Assembly (NCBI GenBank): GCA_028819545.1
Contig: JAPPLG010000028.1
Coordinates: 5,646 to 69,645 of the forward strand
Length of the DNA stretch: 64,000 bases
Origin: Bdellovibrionales bacterium
GTDB taxonomy: Bacteria > Bdellovibrionota > Bdellovibrionia > Bdellovibrionales > UBA1609
Reading direction: 5' to 3'
The notes beneath the pieces were generated by a model. It did no database searches, was not told the origin of the DNA, and saw only the letters and a list, made by a program, of their open reading frames with translations. A program made the translations under genes and the position numbers. Below are positions 28,754 to 38,154 of the stretch, one piece after another (position 1 is the first letter of the stretch; every line of letters starts with the position of its first letter).

Positions 28754-29569
28754 TTATAAATTGTGAATGACAGGATGATCCAGAAGCAAATCCTCTAATT
28801 TTTCTAACATCTTATCTTGTTTTCCTTGTCTTAAATAAGCTCTGGCCATGAGTGAAGCTATGTAAGTATCTTGAAAATCTGTTTTTTCCATGAACTGAGT
28901 GAGTAGATGATATTGATTCTTATATCCATAGATTTGAAAAAGTCTCAAAGCGGCCATGCGATTGGAAGGCTCAAGCTCTAAAGCTTTTTTAAAAGAATGG
29001 ATGGCTTTTTGTTCTTTTCCCTGAGACAGGTATAAATTTCCCTTGTGTTGGTGGAATTCAGTTTGATGCGCCAGTTTTTGAAGAATTGAATCTGAAACAG
29101 GACGATTGAATTCTTCCATAAGCAGTACGTATTGAAGGAGAGCTGATTTGTTGTTTTTATTTATTTTTAGTATGTTTTCATATTGTTTTAAAGCCAGCTC
29201 AAGCTGATTCATGCTGGTGTGAATTCCGGCAAGCAGTAGGTATCCTTTGGTTTGTTTGTTTGAGGTAGGGCTTTGAGCAATGAATTTCTCGCATTCTGTT
29301 TGTGCCTGATCTATCAAGCCTTGTTTCAAGTACTCTTGAGCCAGCCTGAAATGTACGATATTAGCAGGGGAATTTTTTAAAACGTTGTTGAAGGAGTCTA
29401 TAGATTTTTGTGTTTGACCTTCAAGACTTGATATTTCTGCTATTAAATAGTGATAGTCAGGATATTTCTGACCATAAATGTCAATCTGCGGCTGTGTAGA
29501 AAATTTCAGACTGGAAGCACAAGAGAAACAGAAAAATACAAAGAAAATATATTTGCTCGTATGTATCAT
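28754..29569 (-). CDS. TPR-repeat lipoprotein
   Basis: Signal peptide plus Cys (FFCFSCAS), and repeated 34-aa TPR-like units (A..YL..G....A...F..AL...P). Confidence 0.7.
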   Translation of the reverse strand: MIHTSKYIFFVFFCFSCASSLKFSTQPQIDIYGQKYPDYHYLIAEISSLEGQTQKSIDSFNNVLKNSPANIVHFRLAQEYLKQGLIDQAQTECEKFIAQSPTSNKQTKGYLLLAGIHTSMNQLELALKQYENILKINKNNKSALLQYVLLMEEFNRPVSDSILQKLAHQTEFHQHKGNLYLSQGKEQKAIHSFKKALELEPSNRMAALRLFQIYGYKNQYHLLTQFMEKTDFQDTYIASLMARAYLRQGKQDKMLEKLEDLLLDHPVIHNL

Positions 29570-30005
29570 TATAATATGTGAATCGGACGTGATATTAAGA
29601 AGCTTGATGTTTTTGATAATTTGACTTTAATTTTTTTTAATTAAAAAGCTTGACAGAAAAAAAGAGATTTTTAATTTGTATTTTTTGGTTTTTAGAAACA
29701 ATAATGGGGCAGAAAGTCTGGGTGCAATATTTAAAGTATCTTTATTTGTTTTGTGGCTTAATTCACTAAAAAAATTGTATTTTTATTCCATTGTAGATTG
29801 AGCTATAGATCATCAAAAGTCGTGGTCTGTTCAAACTTCATGCATTTTATGAATGAAGTTCATTTTTTGTGTTTGAAAAAAATATTAATGAAGTATTGAC
29901 AGATTCTTTTAATCATCACTAGAGTAGGGCTCGATTATTTATGCATCCACGGATAGGGTGTTACTTGGGGTCACGATGATCCTCCAATCTCAAAGGGGGT
30001 AAGAA

Positions 30006-30536
30006 GTGAATCAAGATTTCGTTGTTAATAAACCGCAGAAAAAAGAAAGACAGCCAAAGATTATTAAAAGATACGGCAATAGAAAGCTCTACGATACGGA
30101 GCAGAGTTCTTATGTCGTTTTAAATGATATTGCAAAGATGATTAAGAATAACGAAGAAGTTCGTGTTATTGATAATGAAACAAAAGATGATATTACCAAT
30201 TCCACGTTTACTCAGATTATTTTTGGAGCTGAAAAACGTGCGGCCTGTTCGGTTCCATTGGATATTTTGAAGAGTATTATTATGAAAGGGGATGGAAGTT
30301 TGTCTAACTTTCTTGCAGAGTTAGGGCTTTTTACACCTGTGCCGAATGTTTCTCAAGCCACTCAAAGTGCTTCTGCTTCTGTGGAAGGCTCTTCGCCTTC
30401 AGCGCAAAAGCCGACAGCTTCTTTGGAGGAGCGTATTGTGAATGCCGCAACAGTTTCATCTCATGATATTTTAGAAGATGGTGATTTACCGAAGCTTCCG
30501 AATGCGAATAAGAATCTGGCGGACACAACCAGTTAA
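30006..30536 (+). CDS. phaR: PhaR-type polyhydroxyalkanoate synthesis regulator
   Basis: N-terminal PHB/PHA accumulation regulator DNA-binding signature IIKRYGNRKLYDTEQSSYVVLNDIAKMIKNNEEVRVIDNETKDDITNSTFTQII. GTG start preceded by AGGGGGT. Confidence 0.8.
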   Translation: MNQDFVVNKPQKKERQPKIIKRYGNRKLYDTEQSSYVVLNDIAKMIKNNEEVRVIDNETKDDITNSTFTQIIFGAEKRAACSVPLDILKSIIMKGDGSLSNFLAELGLFTPVPNVSQATQSASASVEGSSPSAQKPTASLEERIVNAATVSSHDILEDGDLPKLPNANKNLADTTS

Positions 30537-30557
30537 TACAAAACTTTATTCTGCAAA

Positions 30558-30587
30558 CGTCATTACAGACGTGATCCGGAATCCAGT
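30558..30587. repeat. degenerate copy of palindromic module A
   Basis: CGTCATTACAGACGTGATCCGGAATCCAGT, compared with 5277-5305. Confidence 0.65.
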
Positions 30588-30597
30588 TGTTGCTCTA

Positions 30598-30714
30598 GCA
30601 AACACTTTGTATAAGTATCTCAAGCGAGTTCGGCTTTGATCATAGAGTGGCTGAAAGACCACTCTGTGGCAAAACGCATGTCTGAGCTTTGAGTTGCTTA
30701 TACAAAGTGTTTGC
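30598..30714. repeat. hairpin (MITE-like) repeat, D family, full-length copy D2
   Basis: 18-bp terminal inverted repeats GCAAACACTTTGTATAAG / CTTATACAAAGTGTTTGC. Inner CTCAAG...CTTTGAG and internal stem AGAGTGG/CCACTCT. The core CTCTGTGGCAAAACGCATGTCTGAGC is shared with 55257-55366. Confidence 0.8.
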
Positions 30715-30878
30715 CTGACCTCTCTTGTTTCTTAGTGTAGACGCCAGTCTATATACTCGAAGTTCTCTTATTTTCATATGAGAGTGGGCTCGTATTTTGA
30801 AAATTGTTTCTTACAAAAATGAGTCCTGTGGACTGATTTTTGTATGACATAAGAGAGAAAAGAGGACTTTGTGTAAAG

Positions 30879-30952
30879 CGTACCCGGTAGGATTTGAACC
30901 TACAACCTCCTGATCCGTAGTCAGGTACTCTATCCAGTTGAGCTACGGGTAC
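30879..30952 (-). tRNA. tRNA-Arg (ACG)
   Basis: Reverse complement folds as a cloverleaf: acceptor GTACCCG/CGGGTAC, anticodon arm CCTGA-CTACGGA-TCAGG, T loop TTCAAAT. Confidence 0.9.
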
Positions 30953-31159
30953 TTGATATCAATCATTCTTGGAAATTATACTGAAAATCAAGAGTTTACT
31001 TCTGTAAAGTCTTTTTTTCTCTTTTTCATGAAACAATTGAGACAAACTGAGCAAAAATTTTTCGGGAAAAATGAAAAAGATGATTATAGTCTATCTCTAT
31101 GGGTTTATTTTTTAAGTGATTAAAGTTAGAAATTATACTATACAGGCTAAGTTCATTCG

Positions 31160-31248
31160 GGAGGGATGGGTGAGTGGCTGAAACCGGTTGTTTGCTAAAC
31201 AACTGTATGGGTAAAACCATACCGGGGGTTCGAATCCCCCTCCCTCCG
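31160..31248 (+). tRNA. tRNA-Ser (GCU), long variable arm
   Basis: Acceptor GGAGGGA/TCCCTCC, anticodon arm GTTGT-TTGCTAA-ACAAC, long extra arm, T arm GGGGG-TTCGAAT-CCCCC. Confidence 0.9.
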
Positions 31249-31367
31249 TATGAAAAAAAGGAGCGAAGCGATGAATCGCCAGCTGAAATCGCTAAGCAAA
31301 GGCACGCAAAAATTAACAACATCAATGTATTTTCTGTAAAAAGCTTAAATTATTTTAGATGACTGAA

Positions 31368-31384
31368 GATGTGAAATTCACATC
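31368..31384. promoter_or_regulatory. perfect 17-bp palindrome GATGTGAA-A-TTCACATC (contains ATGTGA-AAT-TCACAT)
   Basis: Read directly. It lies 160 nt upstream of the 31545 start. A half-site-like TGTAAAAATTAC also occurs at 31442-31453. Confidence 0.3.
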
Positions 31385-31544
31385 AAATTGTTTTATATAC
31401 TGTAGATATAATAAGAACTAACCAAAGTTTCTGATCGACATTGTAAAAATTACCTGTCTATAGGTATTCCTTGCAAGAGTGTTTTGTTTTTGTTACTTAT
31501 TCTAGCTTGTATTCTTGAATGTTGTAATTTTGAAGGTGTAAGTT

Positions 31545-34500
31545 GTGAAAAACACTTGGATTTTTAATAAAGAAAACATCTTTCAAATAGTCTTTTTGAA
31601 CTTCCTTTCATTTTTATTTATTTTTCCCATCTATGCAGATGAGTGCCAGTATGCGTTCACACGCCTTGTAGCTGAACGTAAATTTATTGAAAAGAGTTAT
31701 GAACATTTAGACCCCACTCACTCAAATTTTTTTGAGGATCGAAATCGGGTATTACAATGGGGTACCAGAAGGAATCACACTCCTAACCTTTTAAAGCTCC
31801 CGAAAGGTGTACATTACATACATCAGCGGCTTGAGTACAGTCCTCGTCCTTATCTTGTGCGTTTGGAAGAAGGTTTGAATATGGTCGGCATTGCCCGGGC
31901 CCATTATACGTATAATAATATTCCTTTTTCCACAGATGTTGTTTTTGGAAAAAATGTCTTTAGAGATCACTTATCTGGAAATAAACAGTGGCTTATTAGT
32001 CCTCATGCAAAGGCGGCTGTTTTAATGCTACATGGAGGAGGAACACGTACTACAGGGAGTTCGGTTTTTGCCGCTAATCTTGCACATTTTATAAGATCAG
32101 GAATAGAAGGTCTTTCTATAGATCTTCCTATGCATGCCAGAGGTTCGAGAAATGTTTTAAGTAGTTTTAGGGAAGAAATTCTTGCTATAGGGGCTTTCGC
32201 AAAAAAGTATATTCCTCCGCACGTACCACTCTTTGTTTATGGTCATAGTTGGGGGGCTGTGTTTGCAGACGAACTTATGAGGATGACAGGTGAATATAAA
32301 GATGCTGATTTTTTTCATCCTGCACTGAAAGGGGTTATTATAACTTCTCCTGCGGTAGATGCAGCGCCTGGAGGGTCCGTTGAAGAAAAGGTAAATAATT
32401 ATGTTGAACATAATCATAAGGCAAAGAGTTTGGCAGAAGAGCAAGCTCCTGAACCAGAGCAAAGAATTTGGTCAGATATGATTAGGAATGGGAAATTAAG
32501 TTTGCTTGGGGGTATTTTTTTATCGACGACTTTAGCTCAAATTGATCAAGTTGTACCTGATCATAAAGGGAAAAATTATGTTCCTGGTTTAATGGTTGTT
32601 GGAACAGGAGACCCTCTTGTTTATCTTGGTTTTGAAGATTTGTTTCACAATTATTATGATCAGTTACAAAATGTGGAAACACATTATTTGGAATCTTTAC
32701 ATTATGCTCATTCTGACACAGAGGAGCCGATAAAGGTAGGACATTTATTAACAGATTATCAGTTTTCTAAAGAGATAAAAACACCTGTAAACTTAGAGTT
32801 AGCTGTTCGATTTATAGCACGCCAACTGGGGACTACACCGGCACATCTTGTTGAAGAAACAAGGCGCTGGACTCAAAATACTCCCAACTATGTTGATGAT
32901 ATAGCATCTATACAACAGTTGTACTCCAATAACCTTGCCTTTAGAGAGTTTGTCCGTAACTATAATGCCCATAGAATTGATCATGAATCGGTATTTATGA
33001 AAGAGTTGAATGATCAAATGACTGAAGAACGTGAAGCAATTACACATTTGATGAGAGACAACTTACCGAAAAATCAACTGCTTGCTATACTCAGACAAAT
33101 TGCTGTTGCACCTTCTTCATTCTCTAAAAGAGATCTTCGATCTGTTCAGGAAAAGATGGCAAGTTTAACATTACCTAAAAATATACAATCATTTTCTTTG
33201 TTTGAAAGTTTATTGTTAACAGATAGTGTGAAAGAAGCGGAGGGTTTAGCTAGAGAGTTATTAGGTAAATTTTTTCTACAGCTTTCTGCATCCACAATTA
33301 TCAATGCTGTTGAAGGAGAAGTGGCAAAAAACAAGAGAAACAAGTCAAACCAAGAAATAAAAGAAGAGAGGGAGCGGTTGTTTATGGAAACTGTAGATTC
33401 TTTCCCTTTTAAATCAGGACAAGTTATTCCGGTAGATTCGGAGTTTTCCCTTTCTCCTTTGGAGAAGGAACATCTGATAAGTCTGTACCGAATATATAAT
33501 GAGTCTCAATCACAATGGGTTCGTGGAAAAATAATGAAAGAAATAAATCAAATTATAAATACCTATGATTTGGATAGAGTTTTATATCGTGCTCTAATTA
33601 GCTTATCCAAGGTTTCAAAACCTCTAAGAAAATATCATAAACAACTTAGGGAGTATTTGGATAAATTAAGTCAGTTTCTGGATTATAATAGTGACCTTGC
33701 TCGTGACTTAAGAAGTCTTATTAAGCAAAAGTCAGATTCTGCAATAGTACAGCATGCTGTCTCTATTGTAAGAAATCACCCTGTTCTTCCCCTTGAGGTA
33801 GCTTACTCTTTATTTCGTTTGGAACCTCTTATGGCTGATGAAAATTTCACAGAAGATAATTTAATTTCATATTTGGAGCAGTTTCAACTTCCTAAAGATA
33901 TTCAAGATCAAATTGTTAATATGAAACAAACTGTTAATAAGGGTGATGTTTTTTTTGCTGTTAAAAAGCTTATTGTTGCTCATTCTCCTGCCAGTGTTCA
34001 TTATGATTTGATCCAGACTCTAAGAGAAATGACATCAGCTCATACTTTAGAAAGGTACATAGAAACTTTTCCTTCTGCACTTGATGATAAGTTAAGAGAA
34101 GTTTTATCTGGTAAGTTATCTCCTTACTCTGTTATCAGAGATAGATATTACTCTAATTCTGGTGTAGAAAAAACCATTGCGCAACTCAGTAAAGTTTTTC
34201 AAGGCCATGGGAATATACGTACTTTGTTGGATCTTCAACCTCTTGATAAAGATGTCAAAGAGCAAATTTTAATTCATTATAATAAGCACATGGAGATTGA
34301 AGGTTTTATAGACAGAGATCGTATTCCAACAGTACAAGATTTTGCTGAATCAAAGGGTATGACAAAAGAAGACCTTACACAGGAGCAGTTAGAAGAATAT
34401 TCAGAAAAGATTAAAAAAATTGAAAACAATGTAGAAACTGTGCAACAGTTACAACTCAGGGCTTTAAGCTTGTTTAATGAAAAGAAAGGCTTATTAAAAA

Positions 34501-35234
34501 AGGTCAGGAAGTCCATAAATAAAGTTCGACATAATATAAGATTGGTGCGTGATGCTTTTCATCAGGTGCTTGTAAACCCTCCAGAATCCATGAGAAAGAG
34601 GTATAGTAATTTAAGCAACGATTTTGAACATGTGGAAGAACTGGCAAGTGAATGGTCGGATTTATTGGATAAATCCAGTTTAGATTTACTTTCAGATGGA
34701 AAGGTAATGAGTGAGAAAAATTTTGAAATTCTACTGCTAAGTAATGAAGTAGAAAGTGCTAATGAAAGGTTTGAAGAAAAGTTTGCTCTTTGGAAGAATA
34801 AGTTTCAGAAGTTTCTAAGAGATGTCATTAGTCCTATAATTAGTGGAGAAATGGGAATTCAATTTCAAAAAGCATTTCAAAGCATTTATGGGAGTTCACC
34901 TGATTTTGATTTAGGTATCAGGATTAGAAGTGACTATTCTCAATTGGAGGATGATTTATCTAAAATAGCAATTATAGAAGAAGATTTGTTTGATATTAAT
35001 GAAGAATTGGCGACATTGGCTGTAGAGTACAATGTACTTCACCCTAATAAAATGTTGGTGATAAAGAGATCCATTCAACCTCTTCAGGTTTTAAATCCTA
35101 CACTTGGAACAACTGCAAGGGCTTCTTCTCAATCTGAATATATACATAGACATCGAACTTCATTTAGAGACATTCTGATGAGATGGCATGATATGGAAGG
35201 CACTCTACCTCCTGCTCTTCCTGATTTGCATTAA
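31545..35234 (+). CDS. giant (1229 aa) signal-peptide protein: N-terminal alpha/beta-hydrolase domain plus ~800-aa helical C-terminal region
   Basis: Signal-like N-terminus (IVFLNFLSFLFIFPIYA). Oxyanion-hole-like LMLHGGG, nucleophile elbow GHSWG, GTGDPLV (Asp) and a later His. The remainder is Lys/Glu/Leu-rich and predicted helical. GTG start. Confidence 0.8.
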   Translation: MKNTWIFNKENIFQIVFLNFLSFLFIFPIYADECQYAFTRLVAERKFIEKSYEHLDPTHSNFFEDRNRVLQWGTRRNHTPNLLKLPKGVHYIHQRLEYSPRPYLVRLEEGLNMVGIARAHYTYNNIPFSTDVVFGKNVFRDHLSGNKQWLISPHAKAAVLMLHGGGTRTTGSSVFAANLAHFIRSGIEGLSIDLPMHARGSRNVLSSFREEILAIGAFAKKYIPPHVPLFVYGHSWGAVFADELMRMTGEYKDADFFHPALKGVIITSPAVDAAPGGSVEEKVNNYVEHNHKAKSLAEEQAPEPEQRIWSDMIRNGKLSLLGGIFLSTTLAQIDQVVPDHKGKNYVPGLMVVGTGDPLVYLGFEDLFHNYYDQLQNVETHYLESLHYAHSDTEEPIKVGHLLTDYQFSKEIKTPVNLELAVRFIARQLGTTPAHLVEETRRWTQNTPNYVDDIASIQQLYSNNLAFREFVRNYNAHRIDHESVFMKELNDQMTEEREAITHLMRDNLPKNQLLAILRQIAVAPSSFSKRDLRSVQEKMASLTLPKNIQSFSLFESLLLTDSVKEAEGLARELLGKFFLQLSASTIINAVEGEVAKNKRNKSNQEIKEERERLFMETVDSFPFKSGQVIPVDSEFSLSPLEKEHLISLYRIYNESQSQWVRGKIMKEINQIINTYDLDRVLYRALISLSKVSKPLRKYHKQLREYLDKLSQFLDYNSDLARDLRSLIKQKSDSAIVQHAVSIVRNHPVLPLEVAYSLFRLEPLMADENFTEDNLISYLEQFQLPKDIQDQIVNMKQTVNKGDVFFAVKKLIVAHSPASVHYDLIQTLREMTSAHTLERYIETFPSALDDKLREVLSGKLSPYSVIRDRYYSNSGVEKTIAQLSKVFQGHGNIRTLLDLQPLDKDVKEQILIHYNKHMEIEGFIDRDRIPTVQDFAESKGMTKEDLTQEQLEEYSEKIKKIENNVETVQQLQLRALSLFNEKKGLLKKVRKSINKVRHNIRLVRDAFHQVLVNPPESMRKRYSNLSNDFEHVEELASEWSDLLDKSSLDLLSDGKVMSEKNFEILLLSNEVESANERFEEKFALWKNKFQKFLRDVISPIISGEMGIQFQKAFQSIYGSSPDFDLGIRIRSDYSQLEDDLSKIAIIEEDLFDINEELATLAVEYNVLHPNKMLVIKRSIQPLQVLNPTLGTTARASSQSEYIHRHRTSFRDILMRWHDMEGTLPPALPDLH

Positions 35235-35442
35235 ATTGTTTTTTTGTGTTTTGGCCCCCAATTGACTATACACCTTCATAATAAGGAGGAGTGGTCAGTC
35301 ATAAGGGTGTCTTATGTGTTCTTTTAGGTTTTTTTAATGTAAAAGACATTCTATAGACTAAAGTATAAAACTTTTTATACCGATAAATTTTTATAGAGGT
35401 TTTTTGAAGTATTAATGTAAAAATATTTTTTAGGAGGGTTCA

Positions 35443-35691
35443 GTGAAATACTTTTTTATACTGTTTCTAGGTTTGGCATCTGTTTTATCTCAGGCCAGTA
35501 TTTTATCTGATAAACAGGAATGTGAGTTTTCCGGCCATGCTCATTCAGCTTTTGATGCTACAGATAGAAGTTATTCAAATATTTGTAATGACGGTATTGT
35601 TAAATCCACCCTTTCGAGTTGCAATGTCGTTGCCGGTGATTCTAAAGGGTCTAAGGCTCAACAGGATCAATCTTCTCAGGGTGTTCGATAA
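35443..35691 (+). CDS. small secreted protein (82 aa)
   Basis: AGGAGG 6 nt upstream of the GTG start. Signal peptide MKYFFILFLGLASVLSQA. Three Cys in the mature part. Confidence 0.5.
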   Translation: MKYFFILFLGLASVLSQASILSDKQECEFSGHAHSAFDATDRSYSNICNDGIVKSTLSSCNVVAGDSKGSKAQQDQSSQGVR

Positions 35692-35857
35692 ACTCACAAA
35701 TCGTCCTGTTTTTTATATTTTATTTAATTCTTCTAAGTTATTGATTATACTTGTTTTTTTGAATATTCCCCGTTCATGGGTGCCGAAAAACTGATTTTTT
35801 TCTGGATTTTACAGTTCTTATCTGATAGCAATTTCTGACTGGGGAAAGGGAGGTATT

Positions 35858-36061
35858 ATGTCATTAATTATAGTGAAAAAAACCAAAGACTTATTTAAAG
35901 AAAGAGGGCTTAAAACCTCTGCTGAGGCTATGGAAGCTCTAAATAAGCAGTTTGAAAAACTTTGTCATAAAGCCGCAGATAATGTGGTGGCTGATAAGTT
36001 AAAGACTGTTAAAGCTAATCATGTGCCTAGCTTGGACGGCCTTTTAAATTCTGATTCTTAA
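35858..36061 (+). CDS. histone-fold protein (bacterial singlet histone, HBb/Bd0055-like, DUF1931-type)
   Basis: 67 aa with a strong SD (GGGAGG-N4-ATG). The pattern IIVKKTKDLFKERGLKTSAEAMEALNKQFEKLCHKAADNVVADKLKTVKANHV parallels my recollection of the Bdellovibrio histone (VVTSKVKKLIKEKGQMNTSAETIDVLSKAIEQLCLKGVESAKADGRKTVMARDI). Confidence 0.7.
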   Translation: MSLIIVKKTKDLFKERGLKTSAEAMEALNKQFEKLCHKAADNVVADKLKTVKANHVPSLDGLLNSDS

Positions 36062-38076
36062 TCCTGTAGGATTTGCTTGAATTTCTTCCAATTTATGCAA
36101 GGGATGTTCAGTTTTTTAGCTTTGGAGTATTTAGATCCTGGGTTTTCTCCGCAAAGAAGATAATTTGTTTTGGATGTTACAGAGGATAAAACACGTCCTC
36201 CATTGGATTGAATGAGTTCTGAAATAGTATTTCTTTTTTGCTGGAAACTCCCTGTGATGACAAAGGTTTTTCCTTCTAATGTGTGTCCTTTGTTTTTTGA
36301 AATTAGTGTGATACCTGATTGAAATAAATTTCGAATTTCCGAAGATAAGTTTTTAAGTTCAGTCAATAAAGATTGAGCTACAACTGTTCCCACATCATCA
36401 ATTTGAATAAGCTCTTCTTCTGTTGCTTTTAACAGTTTTTCCAAGCCTTTTTTGTTTTCTCCAAAGTGGTACCCGATTTTTAAGGCAATTTGTTCTCCAA
36501 CGTGTCGAATTCCCAGAGCAAATAAAAATCGGTTGAAGGATGTTTTTTTGCTTTTTTCAATATTATGGAGGATTTTATTTGAAAGTTTATCTCCAATACC
36601 GGGTAAACCATTTAAATCTTCTTTTTTTAGTTTATAAATATCAGAAAAATTTTGAATCAGTTTATTGTTGAAAAGCTGTTCAATTAAGGCATAGCCGAGA
36701 GTTTCAATATCCATAGCTTTTTTAGAACAAAAATGCTGAAGCTTTCTTAAGGCTATAGAAGGGCAATGGGCATTGGTGCAGTATATGAGATCTTCTATTT
36801 CTGTAAGTTTATGGGTGCATGACGGGCAAGTTTCCGGCATTTTGAAAACTTTGGTCTTTTTAGGGCGTTTTTTTAAATCAACTTCAATCACTTCAGGGAT
36901 GACATCACCGGCTCTTTTAATATATACAAAATCCCCTTCTCGAATATCTTTTTTTCTAATTTCACTTTTGTTATGTAAGGTGGCCTGACTGACAATTACT
37001 CCACCCACAGAGGTGGGGCTCATACGCGCTACAGGGGTGACAATGCCTGTTCGGCCCACCTGTAAATGAATCTTTTCAATTTGAGTGTAAGCGGATTCAG
37101 GCGGGAACTTAACAGCGGTAGCCCACCTGGGACTGCGGGCGATGGAACCTAATGTCTCCTGCTCTTCAAAAGAGTTTACTTTGATGACGATACCGTCAAT
37201 TTCAAAGGGCATGAGAGGTCTGAGTTTTTGTAAAGTGTGATAGTAAGAAATTAAATCTTCAGTTTTACTGCAAATTAAGCAAAGGGGGTTAGAAAGACTC
37301 GTCCATGTTTTATTTAGAGATTTGGAATATGGAAGTACAGGAAGATGAAAGTTTTTGAGCAGATCATAAAACTCACTTTGTGTTTTCGCTTTGAAAATAA
37401 CTCCAGGACCATGACAAAAAAGACGGAGTTTTCGGGTAGAGGCAATCCGAGGATCTAAGTTTCTTAAGGCGCCGGCTGATGCATTTCTCGGATTGGCAAA
37501 AATCTTTTCTCCTTTCTTTTTATGTTCTTCATTTAGTTTTATAAAATCTTTTTTGAACATCAAAACTTCAGCTCGGGCTTCAAAAACAGGAGGAGGGTTT
37601 TTTGTTTTTAAAAGAAGAGGGACAGATTTAATAGTTTTAATATTTTCTAAAACATTTTCTCCAAACTGTCCGTCTCCTCTGGTTAGAGCATAAGTCAATA
37701 TTCCTTTTTCATAGATTAATTCAATAGCCACTCCATCTAATTTAGGCTCGCAAAAATAGATCACCTTTTCTTTATTTAGAGTGCTTGAGATTTTATCTGT
37801 AAACTGGTGAATATCATCAATAGAGTAGCTGTTTTCAAGAGAAAGCATCATTTTCCGGTGGGGGAGCTTTTCGAAGCGGTCTAAAGCCTGTCCTGGCACT
37901 CTCTGTGTGGGAGAGTTTGGTTCTATCCACTGAGGGTTTTCTGCTTCCAATTTTTGCAGTTTTTTGTAAAGCTGGTCATATTTGTAATCAGAAATGGAAG
38001 GGCTGTCTAAGACATAGTATTTATAGTCGTGAGCTTGTATTTCCTGTTTTAATTTTTCTAGTAGTTTTTTAGACAT
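36058..38076 (-). CDS. ligA: NAD-dependent DNA ligase
   Basis: Adenylation motif CEPKLDG, Zn-finger cysteines CPSC...C..C, HhH region, C-terminal BRCT (GKTFVITG). The ORF extends to 38121, but ATG 38076 (MSKKLLEKLKQEIQAHDYKYYVLD) matches the usual LigA N-terminus. Confidence 0.93.
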   Translation of the reverse strand: MSKKLLEKLKQEIQAHDYKYYVLDSPSISDYKYDQLYKKLQKLEAENPQWIEPNSPTQRVPGQALDRFEKLPHRKMMLSLENSYSIDDIHQFTDKISSTLNKEKVIYFCEPKLDGVAIELIYEKGILTYALTRGDGQFGENVLENIKTIKSVPLLLKTKNPPPVFEARAEVLMFKKDFIKLNEEHKKKGEKIFANPRNASAGALRNLDPRIASTRKLRLFCHGPGVIFKAKTQSEFYDLLKNFHLPVLPYSKSLNKTWTSLSNPLCLICSKTEDLISYYHTLQKLRPLMPFEIDGIVIKVNSFEEQETLGSIARSPRWATAVKFPPESAYTQIEKIHLQVGRTGIVTPVARMSPTSVGGVIVSQATLHNKSEIRKKDIREGDFVYIKRAGDVIPEVIEVDLKKRPKKTKVFKMPETCPSCTHKLTEIEDLIYCTNAHCPSIALRKLQHFCSKKAMDIETLGYALIEQLFNNKLIQNFSDIYKLKKEDLNGLPGIGDKLSNKILHNIEKSKKTSFNRFLFALGIRHVGEQIALKIGYHFGENKKGLEKLLKATEEELIQIDDVGTVVAQSLLTELKNLSSEIRNLFQSGITLISKNKGHTLEGKTFVITGSFQQKRNTISELIQSNGGRVLSSVTSKTNYLLCGENPGSKYSKAKKLNIPCINWKKFKQILQD

Positions 38077-38154
38077 CTGTTTGCACTTTTGTAAATTAAG
38101 GATTAGGCTAACATAACTCATGATAATAATGAATCAATTTCAAAGGGTTTTACA

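Noticed and set aside
31026-31362. ORFs 31026..31325(-) and 31174..31362(+), and likewise 54776..54988(-) and 54789..55025(+)
   Set aside because: They overlap the tRNA-Ser genes on both strands. They are read-through of tRNA and repeat sequence.
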